Below, piece after piece: positions 1-9,447 of a DNA stretch of 64,000 nt. The notes beneath the pieces were generated by a model. The model searched no databases, was not told where the DNA came from, and worked only from the letters and a program-made list of their open reading frames with translations. Source of the stretch: an uncultured Opitutaceae bacterium (GTDB lineage Bacteria; Verrucomicrobiota; Verrucomicrobiia; Opitutales; Opitutaceae); the NCBI GenBank assembly GCA_964477955.1, contig CAYZGG010000006.1:16179-80178 (forward strand), in the 5' to 3' direction. The position numbers and the translations under genes are program-made. The stretch's first letter is position 1. Every line of letters begins with the position of its first letter.

Positions 1-51
1 CTCGCCAAAGCCGTGCGCGAAGAATTCATCCCGGCCCAGAGCAAGCGTTAG
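1..51 (+). CDS. 3' end of an unidentified gene (partial)
   Basis: Frame 1 reads LAKAVREEFIPAQSKR-stop with native GC3-rich codons; truncated by the window edge. Confidence 0.6.
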   Translation, partial: LAKAVREEFIPAQSKR

Positions 52-57
52 CGCGAA

Positions 58-185
58 AGGTGGAGCCCGACCTCCGGGCAGGCTGATGCACTCGCGCACG
101 CAACGGCTGTGGGCGGGGTGCCCTCACCCCGCTGGTCTTGGTCTTCGCCGCTCACGCCTCGCGGGGTGAGGGCACCCCGCCCACA
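58..185. repeat. REP-like cluster: GTGGAGCCCGACCTCCGGGC unit plus an inverted pair of TGTGGGCGGGGTGCCCTCACCCCG
   Basis: 108-131 and 162-185 are perfect 24-nt inverted copies; 58-89 matches the element at 32114-32145. Confidence 0.85.
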
Positions 186-192
186 TCAAACG

Positions 193-1335
193 CTACGACC
201 GGTCCGCCTTGCGGAACATCCAGACGCCGAGGCTCTGGAACGCGATGTTCGGAATCCACATCAGCAGGTCCGGACGGAGGTCGGGCTGATTTTCGAGCGA
301 CTTAACCGCAATCGTACAGAGATAGTAGACCAGCACGAGAGCGACAGCCACCCCAAAATTCGCGGAAGTCTCTTTGCGCGACACTTTGATACCCAGCGGA
401 ACCCCAAGTAGCGCAAATGCCAATACTGCAAATGCTGTGGCGCACTTTTCCTGTATTACAGTCTGAATCTTGATGCGCTGTTTATCTCGTTCCTTGGCTG
501 GAATTGCAGCATCTGGCAGCAAGAGTCGGTGTCTCTCCGTCATCAACTCCGTGAAAGTCCGCCACTCCAATTTTGTGCGCACTTCCGGTTGCCTAAAGAA
601 TTTCCCAAGCGGAATAGTCTGGGGTACAACCTCCGCACTAAGGGCCCCAGAATTGGAACTGGAGTAATCCTCTGGATCCTTCGAATTGCGGGCTTCGATT
701 ATCGCGTGATGCGCAATCAACTCGATTATGTTTTTCGGCTCGTTGTAGAAGATCTCGGCATTTTCCGCCCGGTAAAGTTTTTCCACCCGCTTCTGTTTGT
801 CTAAATCCCAGACCCAAATGTCGGTCAAGTGCTTGCCCTTCACTTCACCGACATAGATAACTTTATCTTTGAAGATACTTAAAAAGGTTCGCGGAACTAT
901 GAGCTTCAGCGGGTCGGAATTTACGGCCTCGTTTAGGTCCGCTACGTACGCGACCTGAGCGCGCGGCATGTAATAGAAGTTTACGGCAAGGCCCGCTGCA
1001 GTGCCCAAAAGAGCGAAAAAGAAAATCGGCGCGGAAATTCCTGCAACACTCACCCCAGCTGCCCGAATCGCTGTGATCTCACGGTCGGCTGACATCCTGC
1101 CGAGCACCAGGAGGACTCCAGTCAAAATGCCCATCGGCAGAGCATAACATACCATGTACGGCACCGTCAGCACAACCAGATGAACGAAAGTGTAGAAAGG
1201 AAGCTGGCCAGCCATCACATATCCGAGCAAATCCCGAAGTAGGCTTACTAACATCATGATGAACGTCAGTACCCCGACTGCCGCGAGGCTGGTCAGCGCA
1301 ACGCTCGCAAAGATGTGCCGGTCGAGAAGTTTCAT
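193..1335 (-). CDS. lptF: LPS export ABC transporter permease, LptF/LptG family
   Basis: KLLDRHI N-terminus, LGRMSADREITAIRAAGVS motif, 3+3 TM layout, C-terminal WIPNI. Confidence 0.85.
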   Translation of the reverse strand: MKLLDRHIFASVALTSLAAVGVLTFIMMLVSLLRDLLGYVMAGQLPFYTFVHLVVLTVPYMVCYALPMGILTGVLLVLGRMSADREITAIRAAGVSVAGISAPIFFFALLGTAAGLAVNFYYMPRAQVAYVADLNEAVNSDPLKLIVPRTFLSIFKDKVIYVGEVKGKHLTDIWVWDLDKQKRVEKLYRAENAEIFYNEPKNIIELIAHHAIIEARNSKDPEDYSSSNSGALSAEVVPQTIPLGKFFRQPEVRTKLEWRTFTELMTERHRLLLPDAAIPAKERDKQRIKIQTVIQEKCATAFAVLAFALLGVPLGIKVSRKETSANFGVAVALVLVYYLCTIAVKSLENQPDLRPDLLMWIPNIAFQSLGVWMFRKADRS

Positions 1336-1449
1336 CAGTCGGGTGGTAAACCGAGGTTTGGGCGTCAGACGTCAGACCGCAACGACTGACTTTGGCGCCG
1401 GTATTTTTCTTTCAACGCCCCGTCGCTGTCTCTCTACTCGGCCGTTCGC

Positions 1450-2565
1450 ATGAAATTCACGCCGGAAAAGCCGACCGTCTACGGCGAAACCCTCGATTCG
1501 CTCAGCGCGCGCCTGCAGGAAACCGGGCAGCCGTCGTTCCGCGCGCGCCAGGTCCTCGACTGGCTGTACAAAAAACGGGCCCGCTCCTGGGACGAGATGA
1601 CCAACCTCCCGCGCGCCTTCCGCACCTGGCTGGCCGGCGAATTCAACCTCGAACCCACCGCGTTCGTCTCCGACCGGCAGTCGGGCGACGAGACCGACAA
1701 GCTGCTGCTCGAACTGGGCGACAAATCCCTCATCGAAACCGTCATCATCCGCGCCCCCATGCTCGGCGTCGGGATCGACAAATCGCGCAAGACGATCTGC
1801 ATCTCCACCCAGGTGGGCTGCGCCATGGGCTGCAAATTTTGCGCGTCGGGCCTCGCCGGACTGAAGCGCAACCTCTCCGCCGGCGAAATCGTCCACCAGC
1901 TCATCCAGGTCTGCCGGCTGGAGGACGCCCACACGCCGCGGGCCCGCACCGAGCTGGCCTCGTTCGACAACATCGTCGTCATGGGCATGGGCGAACCGCT
2001 GCACAACTACGACGCCACCCTCCGCGCGCTCACCATCGTCAACGCCGAATGGGGCCTCGGCTTCGGTGCGCGGCGCATCACGCTGTCCACCTCCGGCCTC
2101 GTCCCGAAAATCCTCCAGCTCGCCGACGAGCCGCTCGGCCTGCGGCTTGCGATCAGCCTGCATGGCGCCACCGACGCGGTGCGCGAGCAGATCATGCCCG
2201 TCAACCAACGCTACCCCCTGGCCGAGCTGCTGCCGGCCGTGCGGGCGTTCTCCGCCAAACACGGCCGGATGGTCACCCTCGAATTCATCCTGATCGAGGA
2301 GATCAACGACTCGCTCGACCAGGCGGAAAAACTGCGCGACATCGCCCGCGACCTGCACGCCCACGTGAATCTCATCCCCTACAACACGGTGGAAGGCCTG
2401 CCCTGGAAACGCCCGAGCATCACGCGTCAGGAGCGCTTCGCCGACGTTCTGCGCCACGCCCGGGTGCCGGTGACCCTTCGCCGCGAGAAGGGGCACGACA
2501 TCGCCGCCGCCTGCGGGCAGCTGCGACTTCAGACCGAAAAAGCGCGTCAGGCTGTACCCGATTGA
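1450..2565 (+). CDS. rlmN: 23S rRNA (adenine2503-C2)-methyltransferase, radical SAM
   Basis: CISTQVGCAMGCKFC, MGMGEPL and DIAAACGQL motifs. Confidence 0.95.
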   Translation: MKFTPEKPTVYGETLDSLSARLQETGQPSFRARQVLDWLYKKRARSWDEMTNLPRAFRTWLAGEFNLEPTAFVSDRQSGDETDKLLLELGDKSLIETVIIRAPMLGVGIDKSRKTICISTQVGCAMGCKFCASGLAGLKRNLSAGEIVHQLIQVCRLEDAHTPRARTELASFDNIVVMGMGEPLHNYDATLRALTIVNAEWGLGFGARRITLSTSGLVPKILQLADEPLGLRLAISLHGATDAVREQIMPVNQRYPLAELLPAVRAFSAKHGRMVTLEFILIEEINDSLDQAEKLRDIARDLHAHVNLIPYNTVEGLPWKRPSITRQERFADVLRHARVPVTLRREKGHDIAAACGQLRLQTEKARQAVPD

Positions 2566-2711
2566 CGGCTCAGGCGTCACCCTACCGGCGCCGCATTTTT
2601 TTCTTGCCGACCCCGGCCGTCTTTTTTTTAGGACGGAACATTCCATTTCCGACCGCGCTCTTAGCCCTCGACTTTTCCGATCCCAATCTCTCCTTTCCTC
2701 CTTCCTACCCC

Positions 2712-3434
2712 ATGATCGAAGCCAAAGGTCTGGTCAAAACCTTCAATGCCAGGCACGCCGTGGACGGCGTTTCTTTCACCGTCAACCGCGGCGAGATCCT
2801 CGGCTTTCTCGGGCCCAACGGCGCCGGCAAGTCGACGACGATGAAAATGCTCACGGGCTTCCTGCGTCCGGATGCAGGCACCGCGACGGTTGACGGCCTC
2901 GACGTGACCGCCGATCCGGTCGCCGTGAAACGCCGGCTCGGCTACCTGCCCGAGAGCGCGCCGGCCTACCCCGAGATGAGCGTCGAGGAGTTCCTTGGTT
3001 TCATCGCCGAGGTGCGCGGTTTCCGCACCGCCGTGGAAAAACGCGCCCGGGTCGAGCACGTGCTCGGACTGACCCACCTGGGCACGGTGCGCAAACAGCC
3101 GATTGAAACGCTTTCCAAGGGGTTCAAGCAACGCGTGGGATTCGCCCAGGCGTTGCTCCACGATCCGCCCGCCCTCGTGCTCGACGAACCGACGGACGGC
3201 CTCGATCCCAACCAGAAGAACGAGGTCCGCGCGCTCATCAAATCCATGGCCGCGCAGAAGGCCGTCATTCTTTCGACCCACATCCTCGAGGAGGTGGAGG
3301 CGATCTGCACCCGCGTGATCATCATCTCGCGCGGCAAGATCGTGGTCGACGAGACCCCCGCGCAGCTGCAGGCGCGCGCGCCCGGCTCGCGGCTCGACGA
3401 GATTTTCCGCTCTCTCACGGTTTCCGACATCTGA
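2712..3434 (+). CDS. ABC transporter ATP-binding protein, GldA-like
   Basis: GPNGAGKST Walker A, LSKG signature, LDEPTDGLDP; real start is the ATG at 2712 inside ORF 1392..3434. Confidence 0.9.
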   Translation: MIEAKGLVKTFNARHAVDGVSFTVNRGEILGFLGPNGAGKSTTMKMLTGFLRPDAGTATVDGLDVTADPVAVKRRLGYLPESAPAYPEMSVEEFLGFIAEVRGFRTAVEKRARVEHVLGLTHLGTVRKQPIETLSKGFKQRVGFAQALLHDPPALVLDEPTDGLDPNQKNEVRALIKSMAAQKAVILSTHILEEVEAICTRVIIISRGKIVVDETPAQLQARAPGSRLDEIFRSLTVSDI

Positions 3435-3453
3435 TCCCTTCCGCCCCACCGCC

Positions 3454-4176
3454 ATGAGTCAGATCACCCCTGTCTTCAAAAGAGAATTCCTCGGCTATTT
3501 CCGCACGCCGGTCGCCTACGTTTTCCTGGTCGTCTTCTCCGTCGCCAGTGTCGGACTGGCGTTTTTCATCGGCGGATTCTTCAAGGCCAACCAGGCCAGC
3601 CTCGACAGCTATTTCACGTTCATGCCCTGGCTCTTCCTTTTCCTCATTCCCGCCGCCGGCATGCGGTTGTGGTCGGAGGAAAAGCGCTCCGGCACGGTCG
3701 AGCTGCTCTTCACCCTGCCCATCACCACGCTCGAAGCGGTGCTCGGAAAATTTCTCGCCGCGTGGGCGTTCATCACCCTGGCCATCCTGTTGAGCTTTCC
3801 GATGATTCTCACCGTGGTTTATCTCGGTTCCCCGGACTGGGGCGTCCTGGCCGCCACCTACCTGGGCACGATCCTGATGGCCGGCGCCTACCTGGGCGTC
3901 TGTTCGCTGACCTCCGCGCTCACCAAAAACCAGGTGATCAGCTTCATCCTCAGCCTCCTGGCCTGCCTCATCCTGCTCTTCCTCGGCTGGAGCGTGTTCA
4001 GCGGCGTGCTCGCGAGCGTGCTGCCCGTCTGGCTGGTCGATATCCTCGCGAACTTCAGCTTCAACACCCATTACGACTCGTTCATGAAGGGAATCATCGA
4101 TCCAAAGGATGTCGTGTTTTTCCTGTCGCTGACGGGTTTCACCCTCTTCCTGAACGTCGTCGCCCTCGAACGCTGA
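3454..4176 (+). CDS. ABC-2 permease, GldF-like
   Basis: MRLWSEEKRSGTVELLFTLP motif and multiple TM segments. Confidence 0.88.
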   Translation: MSQITPVFKREFLGYFRTPVAYVFLVVFSVASVGLAFFIGGFFKANQASLDSYFTFMPWLFLFLIPAAGMRLWSEEKRSGTVELLFTLPITTLEAVLGKFLAAWAFITLAILLSFPMILTVVYLGSPDWGVLAATYLGTILMAGAYLGVCSLTSALTKNQVISFILSLLACLILLFLGWSVFSGVLASVLPVWLVDILANFSFNTHYDSFMKGIIDPKDVVFFLSLTGFTLFLNVVALER

Positions 4177-4182
4177 TCCGCC

Positions 4183-6087
4183 ATGAAACCCGGAAGCAAA
4201 ACCCTCGCGATCGTCCTGCTTTTCGTCGGCCTCGTGCTCGTCAACTACCTGGCCACCTCCCTGCCCCTGCGCCTCGACCTCACGGCCGAGTCGATCTATT
4301 CCCTCTCGCCCGGCACCAAGGCGATGCTGGCCAAGATCGGGGAACCCGTGACGCTCGACCTCTATTTTTCCAAGGATGCGACCGGCCTGCCGATCCAGTA
4401 CAAGAACTACGCCGTGCGCGTGCAGGAAATGCTCCGCCAGTACGTCCGCGCCTCGCACGGCAAGCTGACCCTTCATGTCGTCAACCCGCGCCCCGATTCC
4501 CCGCAGGAGGAAAAGGCCACCGCCGCCGGGCTCACGCCCCAAGTCGCACAAACCGGAGGCGAGCAGTTCTACTTCGGCCTCGTGGTGACCCAGGCCGACC
4601 AGCAAAAGAACCTTCCGGCCTTCTCACCGCAGCGCGAACAATTCCTGGAATACGATCTCTCCCAGCTGATCTACAGCGCTCAGTTGCTCGACAAACCAAA
4701 ACTCGGCCTGGTCACCAGCCTTCCGCTGCAGGGCGGCAGCGCCCAGGAGATGCAATTGGCGAAAATCATGCACCGCCCGGTGCCCCACGGCCAGTTCATC
4801 GCCAACGAATGGGAGCAGTCGTTCCAGATCGTGCGGATTGAAAACTCCGCCGCGGCCCTGCCCCCCGACCTCGCGGTCCTGGCCGTCGTCCACCCGCTGA
4901 ACCTCCCGCCGAAGCTGCAGTACGCCATCGACCAGTTCCTCCTTTCCGGCAAGCCCGTCTTCCTCGCCGTCGATCCCTCCTCGCAATATTTCAAGGGACA
5001 GAATGGAAATCAGATGGGAATGATGGGCGGCCCGCAGCCGGGCGTGTCCAGCAACCTGCGCAAGCTCCTCGACGCCTACGGTATCGTCTACGACGCCCAA
5101 AGGATCGTCGGCGATCTCGAGAACGGCACCGACCTGCAGAATCCGCAGACCCGCCAGGTCTCGCGCTTTCCGACCTGGATCAGCCTGCGCAAGGGCAGCT
5201 TCAGCCCGAAGGCGCTCCCGACCGCCCAGCTGACCTCCACGCTCTTCGTCGAGGCCGGCAGCCTGTCCGCCAAGCCCGGCAGCACGCTTACCTTCACCCC
5301 GCTCGTTGAAACCTCCGAACAATCCGGCGAGATCGCTGGCATGATGACCCAGTTCGCCGACGCCGACCAACTCACCAAACAAGTGACCCCCAGCGGCCGC
5401 AAAACCATCGCCGCCCTTGTCACCGGCAAATTCAAAACCGCCTTCCCCGACGGCGCGCCCGCGGAACCGGAAAACAAGGATCCCGCCAAAAAGGACGAAC
5501 CCAAGCCGGCGCCCGCCCCCGCCGCGGAATTCCTGAAAGAGTCCAAGGGCACCTCCACCCTGTTTGTCGTCGCCGACACCGACTGGCTCATGGACGATTA
5601 CAGCATCCAACGGTTGAATTACTTCGGCCAGGCGGCCGCCGAGCCGATCAACGACAACCTGGAGCTGGCGGCTAATGCGGTGGAATTTCTCGGCGGTTCC
5701 TCCGACCTGATCTCCATCCGCGCCAAAGGCAGCTCGCTGCGACCGTTTGCCGTGGTCCGCCAGATGGAGGTCGAGGCGCAGAAAAAATATCAGGAAAAGC
5801 TCAGCAACCTCGAATCCCGCCTGCAGGCGGTGCAGGCCAAGCTGGCCGAGCTGCAGGGCAAAAAGACCGAGGGCAACCGGCTGGTCGCCACCCCCGAAAT
5901 GCAGAAGGCGATCGACGATTTCCAGAAACAGTCCGCCGTGATGCGCGGGGAACGCCGCGAAATCCGCCGCGCGCTGCGGGAGGACATCAATGCCCTGGAA
6001 AATCATCTGCTCGTGCTCAACCTGTTGGCCACGCCGCTGCTCGTCGGCGCCTTTGGCCTCTGGTTCTACCGCTCCCGCCGCACCTGA
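4183..6087 (+). CDS. GldG-family ABC auxiliary component
   Basis: RLDLTAESIYSLSPGT, FLEYDLSQLI, C-terminal coiled coil and TM. Confidence 0.85.
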   Translation: MKPGSKTLAIVLLFVGLVLVNYLATSLPLRLDLTAESIYSLSPGTKAMLAKIGEPVTLDLYFSKDATGLPIQYKNYAVRVQEMLRQYVRASHGKLTLHVVNPRPDSPQEEKATAAGLTPQVAQTGGEQFYFGLVVTQADQQKNLPAFSPQREQFLEYDLSQLIYSAQLLDKPKLGLVTSLPLQGGSAQEMQLAKIMHRPVPHGQFIANEWEQSFQIVRIENSAAALPPDLAVLAVVHPLNLPPKLQYAIDQFLLSGKPVFLAVDPSSQYFKGQNGNQMGMMGGPQPGVSSNLRKLLDAYGIVYDAQRIVGDLENGTDLQNPQTRQVSRFPTWISLRKGSFSPKALPTAQLTSTLFVEAGSLSAKPGSTLTFTPLVETSEQSGEIAGMMTQFADADQLTKQVTPSGRKTIAALVTGKFKTAFPDGAPAEPENKDPAKKDEPKPAPAPAAEFLKESKGTSTLFVVADTDWLMDDYSIQRLNYFGQAAAEPINDNLELAANAVEFLGGSSDLISIRAKGSSLRPFAVVRQMEVEAQKKYQEKLSNLESRLQAVQAKLAELQGKKTEGNRLVATPEMQKAIDDFQKQSAVMRGERREIRRALREDINALENHLLVLNLLATPLLVGAFGLWFYRSRRT

Positions 6088-6102
6088 ACCGATCTTTCCG
6101 CG

Positions 6103-7266
6103 ATGAAACTCCGCTCGCTCATCGTCACCGTGGCCGTTCTGGCCGTCCTTTCCGCCCTCGTGTTTCTGGCCCGGCGTCCCGAAGCCCCGGCCGCCTCCGA
6201 CCCCCGCGTCGGCCAGCCACTCGCCGATCCCGCGCTGCTCGAAAAGGCCGCGCAAATCCGGCTGAATGATTCCACCAAATCGCTCGTGGTCACCCGCACC
6301 GCCGAGGGCGGCTGGAAAATTCCGGGGTATTTCGACCTGCCGGCGGATTTCACCAAAGTCTCCGGCTTTGCTTCCAGCCTGACGGACGCGAAAATCGACC
6401 GTTTGGTGACGACCAGCCCCGAGCGCATCGCCCGCCTGGATTTCAAGGACACGCACATCGCCCTGCTCGATGCCTCCGGCAAGGAATTTTGGCAGGTGAC
6501 GCTTGGCAAGAACACCGACACGGGCGGCCGGTATGTGCGGTTCGGCGAAGAACCCAAAGCCTACCTGGTCACCACGAATCTTTGGCTCGACCTCGAAGCA
6601 AAAAATTGGGCGGACACACGGTTGCTTGAAATCAAGCCCGACGATGTCGCCAAAATCGAGGTCAGTTTTGTTGACGGCCCTCCGATGGCCCTCTCGCGAA
6701 CCAAAAAAGACCAGCCGTGGACGTCTGACCCGACGCCGGCGGGCTTGCGGGTGAAGGCCGACAAGGTCGCCGCCCTGCTGAGTTCGGTCGGCACAATCAG
6801 GTTCCTGGACACCAACGATCCGTCCGATCCCGACGTCGTCGCGGCCAAGGCCAATGCCCGCACGGTCAAGTTCACGACGTTCGAGGGCAAAACCGTTTCG
6901 GTGGCGCTGGGCCGCAAGCCCGAGGTGAAGAAGCTGAAGTCGCCGGCCGGCGAAACCAAAACGGCCCAAGCGGCAGCTTCTCCGACCCCCGAACCACCGA
7001 AAGCATCCGGGAAGCCGCCGGGTGCGGAGAAGCCGACCGTGACTGAAAAACCAGCGGTCCCCGAGATTGAAACGATTCCGGCCGGCCCGGTCTTCGTTTT
7101 CATTGGCGATTCAGACCCCCAGGCCGCCGTCAACAAGTTCATGCAATCGCGCGGCTTCCAGGTGTCCGAATATGAATTCAACGGCCTGCCGCAAAAGCCC
7201 GCGGAGCTGTTCGAACCCCTGCCTCCCGTGCCCGAGCCGAAAGACGCCGGGCCGAAAAAGCCCTGA
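6103..7266 (+). CDS. DUF4340-type membrane-anchored protein
   Basis: N-terminal TM, repeated W..P...AD..KV domains, fourth gene of the GldAFG module. Confidence 0.7.
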   Translation: MKLRSLIVTVAVLAVLSALVFLARRPEAPAASDPRVGQPLADPALLEKAAQIRLNDSTKSLVVTRTAEGGWKIPGYFDLPADFTKVSGFASSLTDAKIDRLVTTSPERIARLDFKDTHIALLDASGKEFWQVTLGKNTDTGGRYVRFGEEPKAYLVTTNLWLDLEAKNWADTRLLEIKPDDVAKIEVSFVDGPPMALSRTKKDQPWTSDPTPAGLRVKADKVAALLSSVGTIRFLDTNDPSDPDVVAAKANARTVKFTTFEGKTVSVALGRKPEVKKLKSPAGETKTAQAAASPTPEPPKASGKPPGAEKPTVTEKPAVPEIETIPAGPVFVFIGDSDPQAAVNKFMQSRGFQVSEYEFNGLPQKPAELFEPLPPVPEPKDAGPKKP

Positions 7267-7411
7267 ACCGGAATAATCAGGGAGTTGGAAGGAAGTTGTC
7301 CCGGTAGGTGGCGGGCTGGTCCTGCCACGTTTTGTTGCGCGGCAAGCGCGCAAGCTACCTCTGATTTGTCGCCCGGCTTGAGCAGATTTGCCCAAAATCG
7401 GTTCATTGCGC

Positions 7412-7444
7412 TTTACACACATCAACGTTTTCATATATGTTGAT
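7412..7444 (+). promoter_or_regulatory. Candidate sigma-70 promoter with an overlapping palindromic operator upstream of metF
   Basis: TTTACA(7412)-N18-TATGTT(7436); inverted repeat ATCAAC-N12-GTTGAT at 7421-7444. Confidence 0.5.
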
Positions 7445-7449
7445 ACGTA

Positions 7450-8328
7450 ATGCAGCCTGACCGGCCGATTTCCGAGTTTTTCGCCCTGGGCCGACCGCTC
7501 AGGTCGTTGGAATTTTTTCCGCCCAAGGACGACGCGCAAATGGACGCCCTGCGCTCCGCCGCCACGGCCTTGCAGCGGATCGCGCCCGATTTCGTGTCGG
7601 TGACCTACGGCGCCGGCGGAACCACCCGCGAACGCACCGCGCGGGCCGGCGCCATGCTGCGGACCGATTTTGGTTTCACCGTCATGCCGCACCTGACGTG
7701 CGTCGGACACTCGCGCGCCGAACTCCACGAGGTCGCCGACCGGATCCACGGCGGAGGCTTCCGGAACATCATGACGCTCCGCGGCGATCCGCCGAAAGGC
7801 GACGCGACCTTCACGCCCGCGCCTGACGGCCTGCGCTACGCCAGCGAGCTCGTGACTCTGCTCAAGTCGCGCCACGCCGATTTCTGCCTCGGGGTCGCCG
7901 GTTATCCGGAAAAACATCCGGAAGCGGCTTCGCTCGAGAGCGACCTGGACAATCTCAAGCGCAAGGTCGACGCCGGTGCGGCGTTCGTGACCACGCAGCT
8001 TTTTTTCGACAACGCCGTTTATTACCGCTTCGTGGAAAAATGCCGGGCGCGCGGCATCGCGGTGCCGGTCGTCCCCGGCCTCATGCCGGTGCTTTCGCTC
8101 AAGCAGGTGCAGCGTTTCACCTCGATGTGCGGCGCCAGCCTGCCTGAAAAATTGATCAAGCGCCTGGAGGCCGCCGGCGAGTCGCCCGAAATCGCCGAAG
8201 CCGTCGGCATCGACTGGGCGCTGATCCAGATCCGCGATCTGCTGGAGCACGGCGCCCCCGGCTACCACCTCTACATCATGAACCGCGCCAAGAGCGCCCT
8301 GGCGCTGGCCGCGGGCTTGGCGGCGTGA
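7450..8328 (+). CDS. metF: 5,10-methylenetetrahydrofolate reductase
   Basis: SLEFFPPK, VSVTYGAGG, HLTC, LRGDPP, GYPEKHPE and TQLFFD motifs. Confidence 0.95.
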   Translation: MQPDRPISEFFALGRPLRSLEFFPPKDDAQMDALRSAATALQRIAPDFVSVTYGAGGTTRERTARAGAMLRTDFGFTVMPHLTCVGHSRAELHEVADRIHGGGFRNIMTLRGDPPKGDATFTPAPDGLRYASELVTLLKSRHADFCLGVAGYPEKHPEAASLESDLDNLKRKVDAGAAFVTTQLFFDNAVYYRFVEKCRARGIAVPVVPGLMPVLSLKQVQRFTSMCGASLPEKLIKRLEAAGESPEIAEAVGIDWALIQIRDLLEHGAPGYHLYIMNRAKSALALAAGLAA

Positions 8329-8921
8329 AGAACGCGATGAGATTGCTTGGGCGAGGCCTCCTCGGTGCGCTTCTGACTGGGATAGCAGGTTGCGCGACTG
8401 AGATTCCGGTCACCAAGACGTATTGGCGTCCTGCCTCCACGAATGCGTATGCTTACTCCAATCAGGACGGCGTCGCTCGTTTTGAATTCCGGCACGCTGC
8501 CGGCGTGGTGTTTACCCTTTACCTTGGCGAGTCATCCGAGGCAGATAAGCTGGTGTTCTTCGGAGAATTTTTGATTCCGGCGCATGCGAGAATTCAGTTC
8601 GAGAACCGAGAATTTGAAATAAGCGATAACGCTGGAACCCCAATCACTGCGCAAATCGCCAACTTGGAGATTCTGGACGAACAGACAAAACGAATGGTGA
8701 TAATTCCGGTTGACCGCGAATTGATTGGAGCCAGCAAGACCGCATTGGCGGAAGCCCGGCGCCACCGACTATGCAATTTCTATTCCACGGGTTTTAAAAT
8801 TTCCTCCGCGACCACGGAAATCACCATTCCTACGATCAAAGTGAATGGTGCTATCTGGAGTCTGCCAAAACTCCTGTTGAAAAAGGAAACGGGGAAAGTG
8901 TTTCGCGGTTTTAGTCCCTAG
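8325..8921 (+). CDS. Hypothetical lipoprotein, low GC
   Basis: Signal peptide with lipobox IAG-C; AT-rich codons; alternative start at ATG 8337. Confidence 0.65.
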   Translation: MKNAMRLLGRGLLGALLTGIAGCATEIPVTKTYWRPASTNAYAYSNQDGVARFEFRHAAGVVFTLYLGESSEADKLVFFGEFLIPAHARIQFENREFEISDNAGTPITAQIANLEILDEQTKRMVIIPVDRELIGASKTALAEARRHRLCNFYSTGFKISSATTEITIPTIKVNGAIWSLPKLLLKKETGKVFRGFSP

Positions 8922-9340
8922 CCGCCCGCCAACACCGGCCTAAATCCCGCCTCGGTCAATATCCGCGCGATGGTCTCGCGCTGGTCGCCCTGAATCTCGA
9001 TGTCGCCGTCCTTGACCGTGCCGCCGCAGCCGCACGCCGCGCGCATTTTCTTCGCGAGCGATTCCTTCTCGGGGAGGCCGATGCCCATGAAACCCGTGAC
9101 CACGGTCACCGTCTTGCCACCGCGGCCCGCCGTCGTCCGCTTGATGTCGACCCGACCGCGATTTTTTGCCGGAGGTTTCTGCGGTTTCGCCAAACCGGCA
9201 GGGGCGGTTGCCCCCAACCGCCCTGCTTGGTTCGCCGTCGGCTGAACTGTCGGCAACCCCGCTCCGCTGAGGACGCCAAAAGGATTCTGTCCGAGCGACT
9301 GCCCGCCATCGGTGGAAATCTTGTCAGAGGAAGATGCCAT
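8918..9340 (-). CDS. yciH: SUI1/eIF1-like translation initiation factor
   Basis: GRGGKTVTVV and ACGCGGTVKDGDIEIQGD motifs. Confidence 0.88.
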   Translation of the reverse strand: MASSSDKISTDGGQSLGQNPFGVLSGAGLPTVQPTANQAGRLGATAPAGLAKPQKPPAKNRGRVDIKRTTAGRGGKTVTVVTGFMGIGLPEKESLAKKMRAACGCGGTVKDGDIEIQGDQRETIARILTEAGFRPVLAGG

Positions 9341-9360
9341 GTCAGCGCAGCCGCGTTGGT

Positions 9361-9432
9361 TGCAGGGCGGGGTCGCCGAACCCGCTTCGAGCGCGGCGCA
9401 CGCCTCGGCGGGGTCGGCGACCCCGCCCTACA
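9361..9432. repeat. Inverted REP pair (GTAGGGCGGGGTCGCCGA family)
   Basis: Arms at 9361-9385 and 9407-9432; same family at 45881-45960. Confidence 0.8.
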
Positions 9433-9447
9433 CAACCAGCCGCAAAT

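Noticed and set aside
109..804. Plus-strand ORFs overlapping lptF as a hidden antisense gene
   Set aside because: The antisense frame is interrupted by several stops and the peptides have no recognisable features.
1060..1302. Possible ~10-bp periodicity in lptF silent sites (codons 12, 22, ... 92 all end in A/T)
   Set aside because: The pattern breaks at codon 102, and my tally over the second half was near chance; it needs a spectral test.
1392..2711. 680-aa ORF as a fusion to the ABC ATPase
   Set aside because: The N-terminal part is an Arg/Pro-rich off-frame read of rlmN; the real gene starts at 2712.
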